A DNA stretch of 60,455 bases, filler included, from Sphacelaria rigidula (GCA_964200075.2; 7 parts of 7 records of this genome joined end to end with filler, not necessarily neighbours in it), one strand, 5' to 3'. Counted from the first letter of the whole stretch, positions 22,340 to 36,204 are shown. The notes: generated by a model not told the origin, from the letters alone. Numbers and translations are program-made.

Positions 22340-25300
22340 TCTCCAACCTACCCTAGGTCATCACGAGATATTTAGTCGCAGTGCGGGGCAAGCATTTTGC
22401 TCGAAGGTTTGATGGCATGCTAACAAACGGTCAAGCAAAAGTCACACCCCGCAACGCCCAATCGGAAGTCTCCAACTGCTTCGGACGTCTAAAATTACCG
22501 ATCTCCTAGGGAGGTCGGTCCGGCAAGAGAACAACCACTTTCACGTGCACCAATCAAAATGGGCCACATTCGAAATTCAAATCACGATCGGCCTGTTTTC
22601 AGGCATGCGCGACCCTGAAAAAAAATCAGAAAGCTGTCTTGAAGGAGTGGAATCACAACTATCATCGCTGGCGGCACTCTGAATACCAGCCTAACACCGA
22701 TGCCCACGCCCCCAGTTTACATGCAGGTGACACGAGGGATATCCAGGGTCAATACCTACGAGCTTGAGATGAGCTCTTAAAAAATATGAGAGTGTGCGGG
22801 CACCCAGCTTCACTCTTCGAAAACAACGCACATGTTTTTTTCATGGATCTACGGTGAGTGTAGGTGAAGACCAACACATAATATTTTGTCAGGCATTTTT
22901 TTTCAAGTATTTCCGTTTCAAGTTTCATCTCGGGTACGCCTACCATGTGAACATGGCTGGATCCTTGAATAATCAGTTCAGGTACGACAACCGATCAATC
23001 AACCGATCAAAAATCAATCAGGCCACACCTTAATCGTCGTAACTATCATGCTCCGTACACAACTGTTGCCCACGCACCCACTTCACGTCAGCGCTCCCGG
23101 AAAGGGATGACTGCATGATGGCTATCACCGTTACCTACGATTGTTTTTACAGCCCAAGGGTCCGCGCTTCAAACGGAGCACATGCATGCGGGTACCCAGC
23201 TTCGCTCCTCGGAAATCACACCGATAGAACATCATCAAGTTCATTCGAGACATCTAGAGACTGTACAGTACAGCGTAGGCCATATTTTGTCACCATTGCC
23301 GGTACTATCAAGATCAATACAGCATCGTTACCAACGCATCCGATTCGTCCGCGAGCGCTTTAGCATGTAAATGGCTGAGCGATAATCGGGGTCAACGCCC
23401 ACGTCAGCCTTCAAAGCCGAGGCGTCGACCCTCACATATTGAATACAGGGTCCAGGTTTCTCATTGTTCCAAAATGCTGGCAAGCGGGACGTTTACCCGG
23501 ACCCCTTTCCCGTCCTCGACTGATTTGATTGATTGTTGCACATAAACTTATCCCCATGGGACCATGCCGTGGTAACAATTTAGACACACCCAAGGTAAAA
23601 AAGAGCGAAAACGCTCGCTTCAGAAAAAGTAAAGTGGGAAAAAACAAGAACCTTGAACAAACAAACGGAGGAAGTACACTGTAAAACAGAAACCAAAAGC
23701 GAGACAAAAAAACGAGCATTTTAAGGGAAGGAAAAGGAACCAAGAAAATATCTAGAAGAAAATAATAGATAGCCCTTGGGGGACGAAAATGCGCGTCTAT
23801 GCTGCATTGAATATTTCGCTGCACACAGTGCTGGTGTGGTGGAGATCAAGCTCTAATCTTGCAATGGCTTGAACATTCCAAATGCCAATACGCTGCAAGT
23901 ATCGCTTGCTGTATGGCGTGTACTCAAACTCCTGCAGTGGCCTTGGACTAGATCATTTGCTTCGTGGAAATATTACGAGTTTAACATAGCTTCAGCTCTT
24001 AAATTTGTGCTTGGTGAAATCTTGAATACATTACTTCACGACCGCACCGGGACCAGTTCTATAGCATCATCTCGACCCTTCTGGAACCCCCCTCCGCCCT
24101 GCACCCCCATTCATCCCCGGGTCAGACCACAGCGCACCATCGTCTTGCATTTCTACTTCCTGTTTCCTGTGGGTAATTACGCTAATTTCCACCGAAATGT
24201 GCCAAAGCATAATCATGATACCGCTACCGTTGGCTGGGGTGTGTTGGAAAGGGTGTGCTCTCGAGTACCCGGGTATAATACCCGGGGTTTACTCCACATA
24301 GCTTGGGGAGAGTGAGGATGCTGTCAATACTATATCCAAAAATTGGGTGAATTCCATCAGCAATACCCGGATAAAGGTTATCACTTTTGAATGATCTCAA
24401 CACTGTGCCCAAAAATTGGTTCCAAGTACTATCGGGAATACCCGGGTATCGAGCATCACTTGGGTCGGTACTCCACTCAAACATTGGGTGGAGTTGGGTA
24501 CAATTTCATCACTCCGACAGTACTCGATATTTGAAGTGCGACTTCCAAACTATCGAGGTATCGGGTACACCCTACTCAACATCACTCTCCGGTTTAGACC
24601 AGACATCACCCTCTTGTTTATCGCGTAAATGTTGCTTGTGCTGCGAGTCATGTGGGCGCCTTTACATAGTTCCTGGTTGCTGAAAGTGATCTCTGGTGTC
24701 GACGTTAAGAGCAAAGTACTGTCAGGGGACATGTATTCCTGTGGTGCACGCATATGCTACTGGTTATGTCGTCTACTGCATTGTCCATGCGGAGACAGGA
24801 GCTATCGACGGGATGCCCGAAGTGAATCGATGTGTCTGAAATATAGGGATTCGTCGGCCAAGGTTAATTGGCACGGTTAGGACGAATCATCACGGGTTCG
24901 AATCACCAAATGCACGATTTCTTTGGCCTGATTCCCCCACAAGGGAGAAAAGTTGCCCGCTGGTCCGAGGGGTATCCACGCAACTTTTCGGCCATTCCAC
25001 GTGTCTGGGCTGTGTGTACCTGGGTTGCAACGCTGAAAACAAAGCCGAGGGATTGATTCGTACGATTCGAATCAAGTACACTAAAACCAAGTAATTTCCA
25101 GACGAATCATTGATCTGTCCGATCCTTGTAAAGTTGTACTGCACCAGCATACGGATAAAGCATACATGGCGGCACTACGGGGCACCGAGCCACCGCCACC
25201 ACGACAGTCCAACGTCACATATATATTGTGTTCATCACTAGTGTGCCGTATGTGGAACGTGCTGTTGGTGGAGGGTGATGACGGTGGGTGTAAGATTGGG

Positions 25301-25856
25301 GGGGGCTAGTAAATGAGGGTGCACTTCTACTGCTGTGCTTAGCGCTGTATTGGGGTTCATTACACTTGTGTGCACGTACAAGAGAGAGCAAGATGATCAA
25401 CCGCGCGTACCATTTGCGAACCTTCAACGGGTGCGCAGGTGCGACAATCCCGAAATTGAGCGAAAGTGTAGGATAAACTGAAGGAAAGTATCGACAATAT
25501 TTGCATCAAACACTCCACGAGTCGTCAGCATGAAGGAGCACAATACCGAAAGGGTCAAAGCTCCATTGTTGCAGCTCTCACACACACGAAAAATCAGTTA
25601 TAGGCCGTGGCGTGGGTCGTTGTGGACCGAACAAGGGGTCACGTAGCGAAATTTGCAGGGGACATATAATCCCCAAATCCGTCAGATCGGAAAATCCGGG
25701 AAGGGGGGCTACGCGTGATTTTGTGTTATTTTCCAACACAACGCAGTTGTGCTTAGAATATAGTGTCCGGGCGCTGCCTCGGCTGTGGGCGGTGTTGTGA
25801 AGCGAAAACCGAAAATTTGGTTTTCGGTCGATTTTTCGGTCGGTTTTTGCCAACCG

Positions 25857-25956
25857 NNNNNNNNNNNNNNNNNNNNNNNNNNNNNNNNNNNNNNNNNNNN
25901 TTAATTAATTAANNNNNNNNNNNNNNNNNNNNNNNNNNNNNNNNNNNNNNNNNNNN
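25857..25956. other. Artificial contig spacer
   Basis: Same 100-bp structure. Confidence 0.97.
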
Positions 25957-26030
25957 GTGCTCCGTCCCGGCTTTGTAGGGATGCGGGGTCAATGGCCAAA
26001 TGACTACGGCATGCATCATCATGAGTAAAC
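25957..26030 (+). mobile_element. Family B 3' tail at the contig start
   Basis: gtgctccgtcccggctttgtagggatgcggggtcaatgg...atgagtaaac plus a C-rich tract. Confidence 0.75.
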
Positions 26031-27069
26031 CCCCGTCCCCCTCCCGAAGTATAGTTTCGCGGGGCACCTTGAAACTTGAGGTCGTCGCACCGTGTGTGAA
26101 GCGAAATAGAATCCGGTCGTGACAGACTGCTCGGTGCTGCTATAACCACGGGAGGTGAGCGATTCCGTGAAACATCCGAGGGCGTGACACCCCCATGGTT
26201 TGCGGCACTCTCCTGTGATATTGCACGATGCTGACTGTCACGACCGAGGTTCTTGGTTTCACATCTACTGCGGTTATCGCACTGGGTGCAATAAACAAGG
26301 GGAGGGTAACTCACACGGCCACTGGCGGCCTTCATGAGCATCTTTTTTGAGGGGTTGTCTGACGTGCGTGTCTTCTTCGAAGGCGGGTTACCGTCAGATT
26401 GGCACGAGAGAGGGGCATTCATGGAGGACACCCGTAGTTTTTTCATTGCGCTATCGATCTTCTCCACTTCGTTGCGTGCAGCAGAAAAAATTAGGGAACA
26501 GGTACATTTCGTACTTGCATCCGTGATGGAGCAGACCCCATGATGGTGCAAATGACGAACCGAAGTCAAGCCAAGAAGAAAAAACAGTCAACACCGCAGT
26601 GTTTTTTTGTACTGCAGTGAGGGCGACTGTATTAATGTACCTCTTCACTCCTTCTTTTTTTTTCTGCGCGCAACGAAAAGACGAAGATCGACGACGCCAT
26701 GTTGAAACGTAAGTGTCTTTCATCCATGTCGCTCTCTCATGCCTGTCAGGAAACCACTCGAAACCGATGCTCATGATGACCGCTGGCTGTAGTGTTCCCA
26801 CTCGTCTCCCTTTGTTACCGCACCTGGTCCGATAACCACAGTGGGTGCGATCCCCCGAAAGACTCGCCCATGACAGTCGGTACTGTGCGATGTCAAAGGA
26901 GGGATGCCACAAACGACGGGGGGTGCCACGCACTACCTCAGGATTGCTATGATGAAGTCGTCGAAATCAACCACCTGTGTTTATGGTGAGAGGGAAGCTT
27001 GTTGCCCATGGATAGTCCGTACCTGTTTCTGATGGTACAATTTTTGTGGCCGCTGGCGTGTAATAACAG

Positions 27070-27208
27070 GGAAGCTTATCGCCGACGTTTTGTGAATACT
27101 GCGTGGTTGTCGGCGCCGATCGGGGTGACCTTCGCAGCCGTGGTGTGGTCGGTGTATCCATGGCTCATCCAGAGCGAGGCCTTCCTTGGTGTGGAGGAAA
27201 ATCGGCAG
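27070..27208 (+). CDS. RFT1: RFT1 exon
   Basis: cag|EAYRRRFVNTAWLSAPIGVTFAAVVW...EENRQ|gttagt. Confidence 0.8.
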
Positions 27209-30200
27209 GTTAGTGTACGCACGTGAGCGCGGTATTGTAGCGCGGGGTACGCAGCGGTGACGCGACTGACTGTGTTTGCCGGCTTTGATCGTCTTCACGG
27301 AGTCTAGACGCTGGGTATCAGGGTGTGGAGAAGGAGAGTGCAAAATTGTGCGCGTGTATGTATGCATGCATGTATATACCGACGGTGTTTGCAGGCTTTG
27401 ATCGTTTTCATGGTGTCAAGACGCTGGGTATCAGGGTGTGGGGAATGAGGGTGCAAAATTGTGCGTGTGTATGTATGTATGTATATATTTGTGTATGTAT
27501 GCATGTATGTATGTATGTATGTACGTGCGTACGTAAGTGTGTGTGTCCTGATGTCTCCCTAGACCAATCGCATGCAAGTAATTCGGCCCAATTTGGCCAA
27601 TGATACCCCGAAGCACCATGATTCCGCTCTCATATCTGGCTGATTCGATAATTCCCTCGAATAGAGCGATATCACGAGTAATCACGCGTATGTATATGCC
27701 GATAGAGAAGTACCCCACAGTGAAGGAGAAAAAAACTGAAGTGATCATCTTGCTGCCCAGGCCTCTCCGTACAGCATCCTTCTTGTCGAAGCCATTCCAT
27801 TCGCTGCGCTGAATCCTACGCCACACATTGGTTCATGCAAGACCACGAGAAGGAGAGGGGTCGTCTGTGAACCTCGAACCGCTTCGGACCACATATTTCC
27901 ATAGACGTTTGCTTGTATGTTGATATTAGAGGTATCTCCATCACCATATCTCCTTCTGTCCACGTTTCGATGCCTTATGGACGCGCGACCACCTCTCACG
28001 CTGCCATACCTCACAGCGACTCTGGCGATAATGATCTCCGGGGATGAGCGACTCCGCGTGTCTCGTCTGCGTGAGATGTGATGATAGGAAATTTCTTGTC
28101 TGAAAGGACAACAGCAGTGTGTGTGTGTACATATACTTCCTCTGTCTCACAAGTCTGGGCGCTTGTGATTGTACGAGCCCTTAACGGTGTGATATTTGAT
28201 TTTCGATCTTTTTATTGCATTCGTCAACGTTTTTTTAGCCAACACTACCATTCTTTCAACAACGTGGGCGCTTGATCCATGCAGTCGAGCGGCCGAGAAA
28301 AAGTAGGCGGGTCAAAAAATGGCCATTTTTCGCTCGTTTTCCTAGGAAAGCATGAGAGACCCGGGAACACGAAAAATCGCGAAAAATGGACCAGAAAATG
28401 TGAAAATCGCGAAACCACCCTTGATTTTGGACATGTCCTGTGATGTTAACCTACGCACGCCCCATCCAACATTTTGTTAGCATGTAGTTGCTAGTGCTCG
28501 ACGTGAAAACGTTCGAAATCGGTCAATGGTGGGGTATAAATGGATCAAACAGGATCAAAATGGGGTATATTTTGCCATAATTTCAGTAACGAAAATAGCT
28601 TTTTGTTTTTCCGTTTTTTTCTCTTCCTCATCTTCGTCTTCGTTTTACCTCTCTAACAAACTCAACCATAGGATGATTGTTAACGTCGAAATATCCAAAC
28701 GATTAAACGCCCATAACTGCCCAAACTTATGAGACAGGAAGATACGTATGTATATATATATATATATATATGTCTGTGTGTAGTGGTTCCGCAATAGACA
28801 CGTGCATCTGATAATGCCGGTAATGTGAAGGACCTTTTTTTTTTGGGGGGGGGGGGGAGTTAGACCACTTCTTACGGGGGCCAAAAGTGCAAACCAATGA
28901 AAAGTGCGTATTTTGACCCTTTGGCAGCGTTTTTCGCGCGAATAGATGGCCAGGTAGGTAGGTTATGCCATCGCAGAGTCAAAAAAGGAATTCCAGCACA
29001 GTGCAGTTTGACGACTTTTGGTGCGTGCAGTTTGACTCTGGGTGAAAGCACGATGAAATATCCCGATTCGCGACAAACCGTGCAAGATATTCACTTTTGA
29101 TCGGTTTGTACAACAAGCCCACGATTTTTTGTTCCATCGCGTTTTTACCCGAAGAGAAGCTTCACACAACCATAGTCGACCAAAGTGTGCTGGAATCCTC
29201 GCAGATAGTACAACGAGTCATTCCGAGGTGACTAGATCCGCCCGGCTCAATCCTGTGTCATATATTCGCGCATGCAGACACGATGTCGAGCTCGTAAATG
29301 GATTCTCCTCTGCCGAACTATTCCAAATATCTTGTACTGATGGGCATGTCCATTTGCTGTAGATTCCGCATTTACAGTCCTGTTGCCACACGCAAGTGCG
29401 TCAAATCGTTTTTGGATATTCGGCATCCGGCAGTTGGTGTCATTTGCCAAGGCAATAGCTCTTGTGGCTGTCCCGTCTTTTATTGGGCTCCTGGAAGCCG
29501 TAACTAGGAAGACCGTCTGTTCAATTCAATACTTTGAACATGCACTGACGGTCTCGCAAGGTATTGAAGGATGTTTTTTGTAGGCACAAAGTAGACATGT
29601 GTGTTAACACGGTCAACACGGAACACGAGTTCCATATACGAAATATAATATTTGGTCAATGGCCGCACAGCAGCCTTTTGCCACAGCCGACGAAGACAAG
29701 TGACCGTTTTCCCCAGGAATGTTGATGCGATATGAGCTCAAATCTTCGTACGTGCATGGTGACATGTACTGCTGGGGCGGTAGCGATTACTGTTTCGCTC
29801 GACTACGAAGGTACTATGCAATTTGCTGCTCGTCACAGCTTACGCGGGATAAAGGTAGGGATGCGTGGCGAATGTATTGCGAATGTATTTCTGTGTAGGC
29901 GATCTCTGTCCGTCAAAACCTGTTCCGAATCCTACAGAAGATCTGTCCATTTGCCGTCCAAATAGGGGTCCGGACCGTAAGGGAATTTAGTGCATGTATG
30001 CCAATTTGTCACCCGGCATCCCCAAGAGCTACTCGATCGCGGAAGGGCTAGATGTAATATCGACTCTCGACATGTCTGTGCGCCGACGAACGACTGCGTG
30101 CGTCTCCTTCCACCAACAGGCTGCAACGCTCGTGTGCATTGCCGCGGCGATAGAGCTCATGTGCGAGCCGCTGGCGCTGATATTCCAGTACCAGCTTTTG

Positions 30201-33200
30201 GTTGGCGTACGAGGTAAACCGATAACATTAGGTTGCTACGGCCTAGTGATGAACAGTGAAAACCACTACTCCGAGATCCCTCAGCTAGGGTGCAAATGGC
30301 AGCATACTTCTGCGCGGTCCACCACGTGGAATGTTCACGACTCTCGAAGTTTGAACAGTTTGTGTGGAATCTTCCTTATGACGACGACAATTTTTAACGT
30401 TCATCTCATGGCCCTACAAAGATCGGCTACGTTGTAAGCCTCATGTAAGTTGGGACTACCTAATGTTCGACCCATTTTTGTGCCCTTTGGATGTGGGCCC
30501 CAGTGTCATCCATTTTATGGACAAACTCCGATTTCGAAGTCATGATCCCTCCTCCCCTCCCTTGAATATGCAGTAGCATTCCCATTATGATCAACAGGCT
30601 CCTCTCTCTTCTCCGCGACATCAATCCACCAATCATACACCACTCGGTTGACAGTATATCGGTATATTTGTAGAGGTGCTTACCCCATTGACCTGCGTGC
30701 CCCAACATACTCGACTTTCTCCCCCCCTGCTCCGTCCCGGCATTGTAGGGATGCGAGGTCAATGGTCTGATGACTATGGCATGCATGATCATGAATACCC
30801 CCCCCTCCCCCCCCCCGCGCGCGCCAATGCTCATCGCCCACCTCTTAAAATAATGCTCTAATACTCGATTTCGAGTATGATTGAGGCACAGGCAGGTGTG
30901 TGTCGTAACCTCTTGCTACAGTGTGTATACGGTGCCTTGTTGCTTAAACTTGGACTACGAATTACCCACGAGTTTATGAGTATATACGCAAGACTTGGAC
31001 CGAATTTACTCGAGAGTGCATCGCAGATTCCTTTCTCTGGGGGACCTTGGAGTGTCCAGAGCGGTTGGGCATAGAGCGAGGCTCATGATTTCGAAATAGC
31101 GGCAGGGACACGGAGGAAAGGCAGTCCGTCTGGAGAGTTGAAAATGGGGAGCAAACATTGATCAATGTGTTGATATCGTGGTGTGGAAGAGAGGGGCGAA
31201 CCATTGCTGATATTTGCGCTTAATGGACCGTGCAATCCAACTCAGTATTGCAGTTTGGAAATTGACGATATTTCGAGAGATGTGGCACAGCATCTACAAC
31301 ACAGTACGTCGAATACTGGTCGAAAAATACGTCGATTCCGACCGGCTGTGAGATAAACCCAACACGGACCTTGGCGGGTAGACTGATGGTGTTTATAAGA
31401 AATAAAATGCACTTGAGTATAGAAACAAGAGAAGAAAGTCTGAGCTTCCACGAGGTTTCCCGTGAATGCGCTGTAGATTACCCCGGTCAGCATGCCGCCC
31501 ATACGAGTGGGATGGTTAGTAAATTTTGTAGCGAGGGAAATGAGCCGATTTTTGACGAGCTGGGAGGTATTCTTTTGGATTCCTGCTGCTCCTGTTTCAC
31601 TTTGTCAAGCCCATTCCGCAACTGTGCAATGCTCAATGGAGCTCTCAGTGAGCCAAACCCCGATCTCTCTCGGCTGATGCTCTCTGATATCGCGTCCTCG
31701 TTCACAGTTCGGGCAGAAGCAACAGCGGTGCTCGTGCTTGGAGTCTCCCGATACCTTTTCGTAGCTTGGGCGGACGTGGGGGTGTTATCGTTCGGCTATG
31801 CACAGCTGCTACACTCTGCCACTCTCGCCGCTGCCTATTTGCTCTCCGCTGCGAGGCAGGTGACGAAACCAGGCAATAGAACTGCCATTAATCCGGCTGG
31901 GGCGGATCCTGCAACTGAAACCCATGGGGTGAACAAGTGTTCGCAAGTTAAGTGTGCATCATCGGTTGGTGGTTGTGAACAAGAATGCTCGGACGCCGCT
32001 GTCGTCGATGCCATCGATAAAACTACCATGTGTTCCAAGAATGGAGATGATTCCCGCGGGAGTGGCTTCGCGCTGACTTCCGGCTGGCTGCCCCGGCGAC
32101 CGAGGAACTCGTGGAAATTAGCAGCGGGTCAACTGGCTCCAGTAGGAGCGATGGCAGCCAAATCTGGAACCATCGCGTCGGAAAGATCGGAACGAACTCA
32201 AATACGAGAACAATCCATGAAGGGCGCAGCAGGTACCGCGCACGCTGCGGTCGATTATGAGTGGGTAGATCGCGAGAAGATCCGACTGGCTGGTGCAGTT
32301 GCGGGGCAGTCTGTCCTGAAGCACGTCCTAACCGAGGGAGACAAGATCGTCCTTGCCAGGGCATCTTCTTCGTTTGGTCGCGTAAAATGCAGCGGCGGCG
32401 GCGTCGGTAGTCGCGACGAGATTGACGGCGTATGTGAAAATCGCAGCAGCGGGGGTGGGTCTCTCTATGAGCAGGGCGTGTATGCGGTCGCCAGCGGGTA
32501 CGGTTCTCTGGCGGCCAGACTGTTGTTCCAACCGCTGGAAGAGGCGGCGAGATTAATGTTCAGCAAGCTCGGGGCGGAGGAGGACGAGCTGAAACGAATT
32601 CACCAAGGACGACAGCAGCAACGAGAAGGCAAACGGCAACAAAGTCAGGTGGTGGTGAGAGAAAACTGCGATGGAGCTTTTGACCAGAGCCCGTCCCAAA
32701 GGTGTTCGTCTCCCCGACGAGCCGGCGTAGAGTCATCTATATCGCAACGATTGTTACCAGTCGAGCAGAACTGTAGTGCCGATGGCGGCGGTGATGCGGC
32801 AGGGGTTCCCCCGTTGGTGCAGCACAAGGTGATGGAGCAAGACTTGGGAGGCGCGAGGTACAGAATTCGCGTGAGAATGGCCTACCTCTTAGCGACATTG
32901 CTGAAGCTTGTCTTGACGGCCGGTTTAATCTTTGTATGTTTTGGCTTCCACTACACAGAAACTCTTTTGCGCTTGCTCCTGGCAAGGCGCGACCGTGACG
33001 GCGTTGACAACAGCCATGGGAACAACACGGTGTCTGAAGTGGCAACCGTGCTATCGTGGTACTGCGTGTACGTGTTGTTTCTCGCCGCCAACGGCATGTG
33101 CGAAGCTTTCGCCTGCGCGGTTGCGAGAGGGCGACAACTGACCGGGATGGGAGTCGGTCTCATTGCTTCGTTTGCTGCGTTCTGGGCGCTCGTGGGCCCG

Positions 33201-33853
33201 CTAACCGGAAGGTGAGAAACACGACACACGGTAGCATCGCGGTGTAGGGAGTCCTGGGGTCGAGTAGTTTTGCCCGTCAAAAAACCTTGACACAGTATTC
33301 CGCGCATTATTTTGACACCCCCCGTCCACATCGTTTGGTGGCCTCGTCCCTGTCCCCTGCGCTGCCGCGAGAAAGGTTTGGAACTCGAGGACTGGTGATG
33401 GCGAACGCCGCCGGGATGGCCTGCCGTGTCATTTGCAGCGCTGCCTTCATCCGCCGGTTCTTTCTCGAGGACACAGGCGCACTGCCGCTGCTACAACAAC
33501 GCGGGCAGAAGAATAAGAAGATCCTTGAACCCGCCGAGAGAACGCCAAGTCAAACCCTTTGGCGGAGAGTGATAGCTGGTGCATTACCCCACCCACTTGT
33601 CGTTGCCGCTCTGACGATCTCATCCGTGGTTGCCCACGGAACCTCACCTTACTCTCGCTCGCCTTTAGATGGGGTGTTTACGGTTGGAGGCGATGGTAGT
33701 GAAGGTGACCCCGGCATGCCGTGGGATATGAAGGCAGCGGCGAAGCATGTGGGCGTAGGAGGTTTATGTTTTGTTTTCACTGCCGCTGTGTTCCGGAGGT
33801 TTGAGCATAGATTTTTGATGGAGTTGAGAGCCCTCTGGGCTGCTCGACGGTAA
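27070..33853 (+). CDS. RFT1: RFT1 (Man5GlcNAc2-PP-dolichol translocation protein), 5'-partial, multi-exon
   Basis: Exons 27070-27208, 30120-30213, 31708-33211 and 33376-33853 splice in frame. Motifs: FVNTAWLSAPIG, AAAIELMCEP, VRAEA..SFGYAQL, QSVLKHVLTEGDK, EQGVYAVASGYGSLAARLLFQPLEEAARLMFSK, YCVYVLFLAANGMCEAF, GTRGLVMAN. The N-terminal exons are not on this contig. Confidence 0.9.
27270..27545 (+). repeat. Tandem duplication (period about 115 bp) plus a (TATG)n microsatellite in an RFT1 intron
   Basis: gtgtttgc.ggctttgatcgt...agacgctgggtatcagggtgtgg...gtgcaaaattgtgcg occurs twice, followed by tatg runs. Confidence 0.8.
30120..30213 (+). CDS. RFT1: RFT1 exon
   Basis: cag|AATLVCIAAAIELMCEPLALIFQYQLLVGVR|gtaaac. 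Confidence 0.85.
30728..30798 (+). mobile_element. Family B 3' tail (about 70 bp) between two C tracts, in an RFT1 intron
   Basis: C7 at 30721-30727, then the element, then a C-rich tract to about 30816. Confidence 0.8.
31708..33211 (+). CDS. RFT1: RFT1 large exon
   Basis: Open frame between cag and gtgaga containing most of the RFT1 motifs. Confidence 0.85.
33376..33853 (+). CDS. RFT1: RFT1 terminal exon
   Basis: aag|FGTRGLVMANAAGMACRVICS...ALWAARR*. Confidence 0.85.
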
Positions 33854-34507
33854 ACGACAGGTTTTGGATAGACAAGTGTTGGCTTGTATACAATAGTAAG
33901 CCCCAGCTATGGAAGGATCGCGCCATATGTCCACCGCGCAACTCTGTTCGTCGAACAAGATGGCGACTGAAAAACTTTCATACCCGGCGGAGATTTGAAG
34001 CATTTTTTGAAAGAGCTTTTTGAAGATCCGCCGACATCACACGGGGAAAAATGCTGTGACTTCTTCAGTGTCACGAACTTTTCAGCAGTGACGTACGCGT
34101 ATGTATGACGCGCGTGGTCCAGGTCATTATAGCTGATAACCCGCAATAAACGAGGTTTTCTTGAAACAGAGGGTATAGTATTCGTGTAAGAGTCAGCCTC
34201 TTAGCCCTTTGTGGGATGGGCATCATGCTCACTTGAAAAGTCACTGCATGACTCTGATTCTTTCCCGCAGCTCTCGAGGGTCCTTCACGTTGTGTGGAAT
34301 GAGTTGGGAAAATGGAACTGTTCAATTTTTACAACCCTTGTCAATTTCGGTGATGTTATATATTACCTCCCCCCCCCGACCGCCACCCGTCTGGGGTTGG
34401 TTGTGTCGGGGTAGGCCAACCCCGTCGACAACACAACCAGTAAGTAAGGGAGGGTAAGTTGACCTACTGGCTTGTCTGCGCGTCGTGTCAGTAGTAACGC
34501 AACATAC

Positions 34508-34607
34508 NNNNNNNNNNNNNNNNNNNNNNNNNNNNNNNNNNNNNNNNNNNNTTAATTAATTAANNNNNNNNNNNNNNNNNNNNNNNNNNNNNNNNNNNNN
34601 NNNNNNN
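34508..34607. other. Artificial contig spacer
   Basis: Same 100-bp structure. Confidence 0.97.
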
Positions 34608-34726
34608 GTCGGTTTTTGTGGCTAGGTGTGTCGACGCTGTGCTACCTCTTTGCGTCTTGTCCGCAGCAGTACAGAGATTTTGACCTAACGGCCACTTCCA
34701 GAACCGCCGCATGTTTTACCTCGCGC

Positions 34727-34804
34727 AGATCTGGGCTTCGATCTGAACAAAACTGCTTGTCGATAAGATCTGGGCTTCGATCTGAACAAAACTGCTTGTC
34801 GATA
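34727..34804 (+). repeat. Perfect 39-bp tandem duplication
   Basis: agatctgggcttcgatctgaacaaaactgcttgtcgata x2. Confidence 0.9.
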
Positions 34805-35059
34805 AGACGCAGCACTGGTCGTTGTGGGGGTAATCACTTCTCCAAATGTGATTTTTCGAAAAGTGACTTTGAGACCCCGCCTAAGCGCGCAGTTGTAATC
34901 CATACGGAGCGGAGCGGATATCCGTACACGGGAAAACTCACGGATTATGGCGGAGCGGATATCTACAAATGCCACGGAGCGGTGCGGTTTGACAAGCCGC
35001 ACCGTAATCATCCTCCTCGCAGCTTTATTCTTAATCCGTATAAATCCCTGGTACATAAT

Positions 35060-35120
35060 TGTCGATTGCCTTAGTCAGTTCATCATTGACCACGCACCCC
35101 TTTCGAGATGGAGCATCGTA
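35060..35120 (-). mobile_element. LINE family A 3' fragment
   Basis: Encodes [10 protein letters not shown]; matches the LINE tail. Confidence 0.65.
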
Positions 35121-36204
35121 TGCTACGGGGGGAAATGATGCGGCACCGCGCCGGCGCGCCCAATATCGGGTCTTCTCGGAGGGCAGAGCCGAAAGACACT
35201 GAGATTTTTTGGATTTTGGCCATCGGCAGGTTGGCACCGAGGGAGTTCCAGCAGCCACCGAACATTCGAGACATGAAGCTGATATATGGGCGGGTTTGCG
35301 GGGCTGGCACTGCCGCCGCATATGAATATATACTAGAATATCGACAGATCAGCACCTCACAGCGGGATTGACTGCGACCGATATCCGAATTTCGTGTCGT
35401 GTCTAGCGCCAATGTGAAGAATGTCGTGTGCGAGTTCTGCACTGAATAATTCGAGAGCACCATAGATTCACGTCTTTGGCGTGAGCGCATCAAATGTTTG
35501 GGCATCTCCGAAACGGTATGAAATTACGTTCTTGGTAGGACGCCGACCAATCAAGAAGATGAAGCAAGCGTGAAGAGAGGTGGGGTACTCGGTTATGCTC
35601 AAGAGACCGCGCTGAAACACAAATACACAGGCACACGTTTTTGGTTGAATTTCATGCGCGAATCGGGACGACGAGATGGATAACGGATAACTGATGACGG
35701 AGCGAAGCCCACGGCGGCATAGACGGCCGGGGAGAGATGCCTACGGAAGAGATAACTGGGGAAAATGAATAGTCTTTAGTAACCGGATGGGCAAACCTCA
35801 TCCTCTGAGGACTGCGCGGTATTTCCACGCTTTGTACTTCATGTGTGTTGATCAAGATGGGACTGCGCGTCCTTACACCCCTGTGCGATCACTTCATATT
35901 CATCAACATTTATCGCGTATCCTTGCCTCATGACCACAATACGTGCGATGACCCCGCCACCTGTGCGAAAGTCGGATCAGATCAGGTGATGTTATGTACT
36001 ATACTGCGTTCTCAACAAATGGTCCCACGTCACGCAGCATTTTGTCCAAGGTCGTCTCAATACACTTACAAAACTAGCTGCCGACGCACTGATGTTGGCA
36101 GCTCGTCCAGTGACTCGTTAAATCCTCCAGTTGATGTGGAGGTGGCGTCCGTGGTTTGGGCATTAGCTGTCGGAATGAACCTCATATTTTCTTTGCTCAA
36201 AGGG

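Noticed and set aside
27431-27826. Antisense ORF within an RFT1 intron (FDKKDAVRRGLGSKM...)
   Set aside because: No recognisable domain, and it runs into a microsatellite. A TE or gene fragment cannot be excluded without a search.
31371-31707. N-terminal part of the 614-aa ORF as RFT1 coding sequence
   Set aside because: RFT1 similarity starts at the acceptor at 31707, which splices in frame to the exon ending at 30213. The upstream part is intron.
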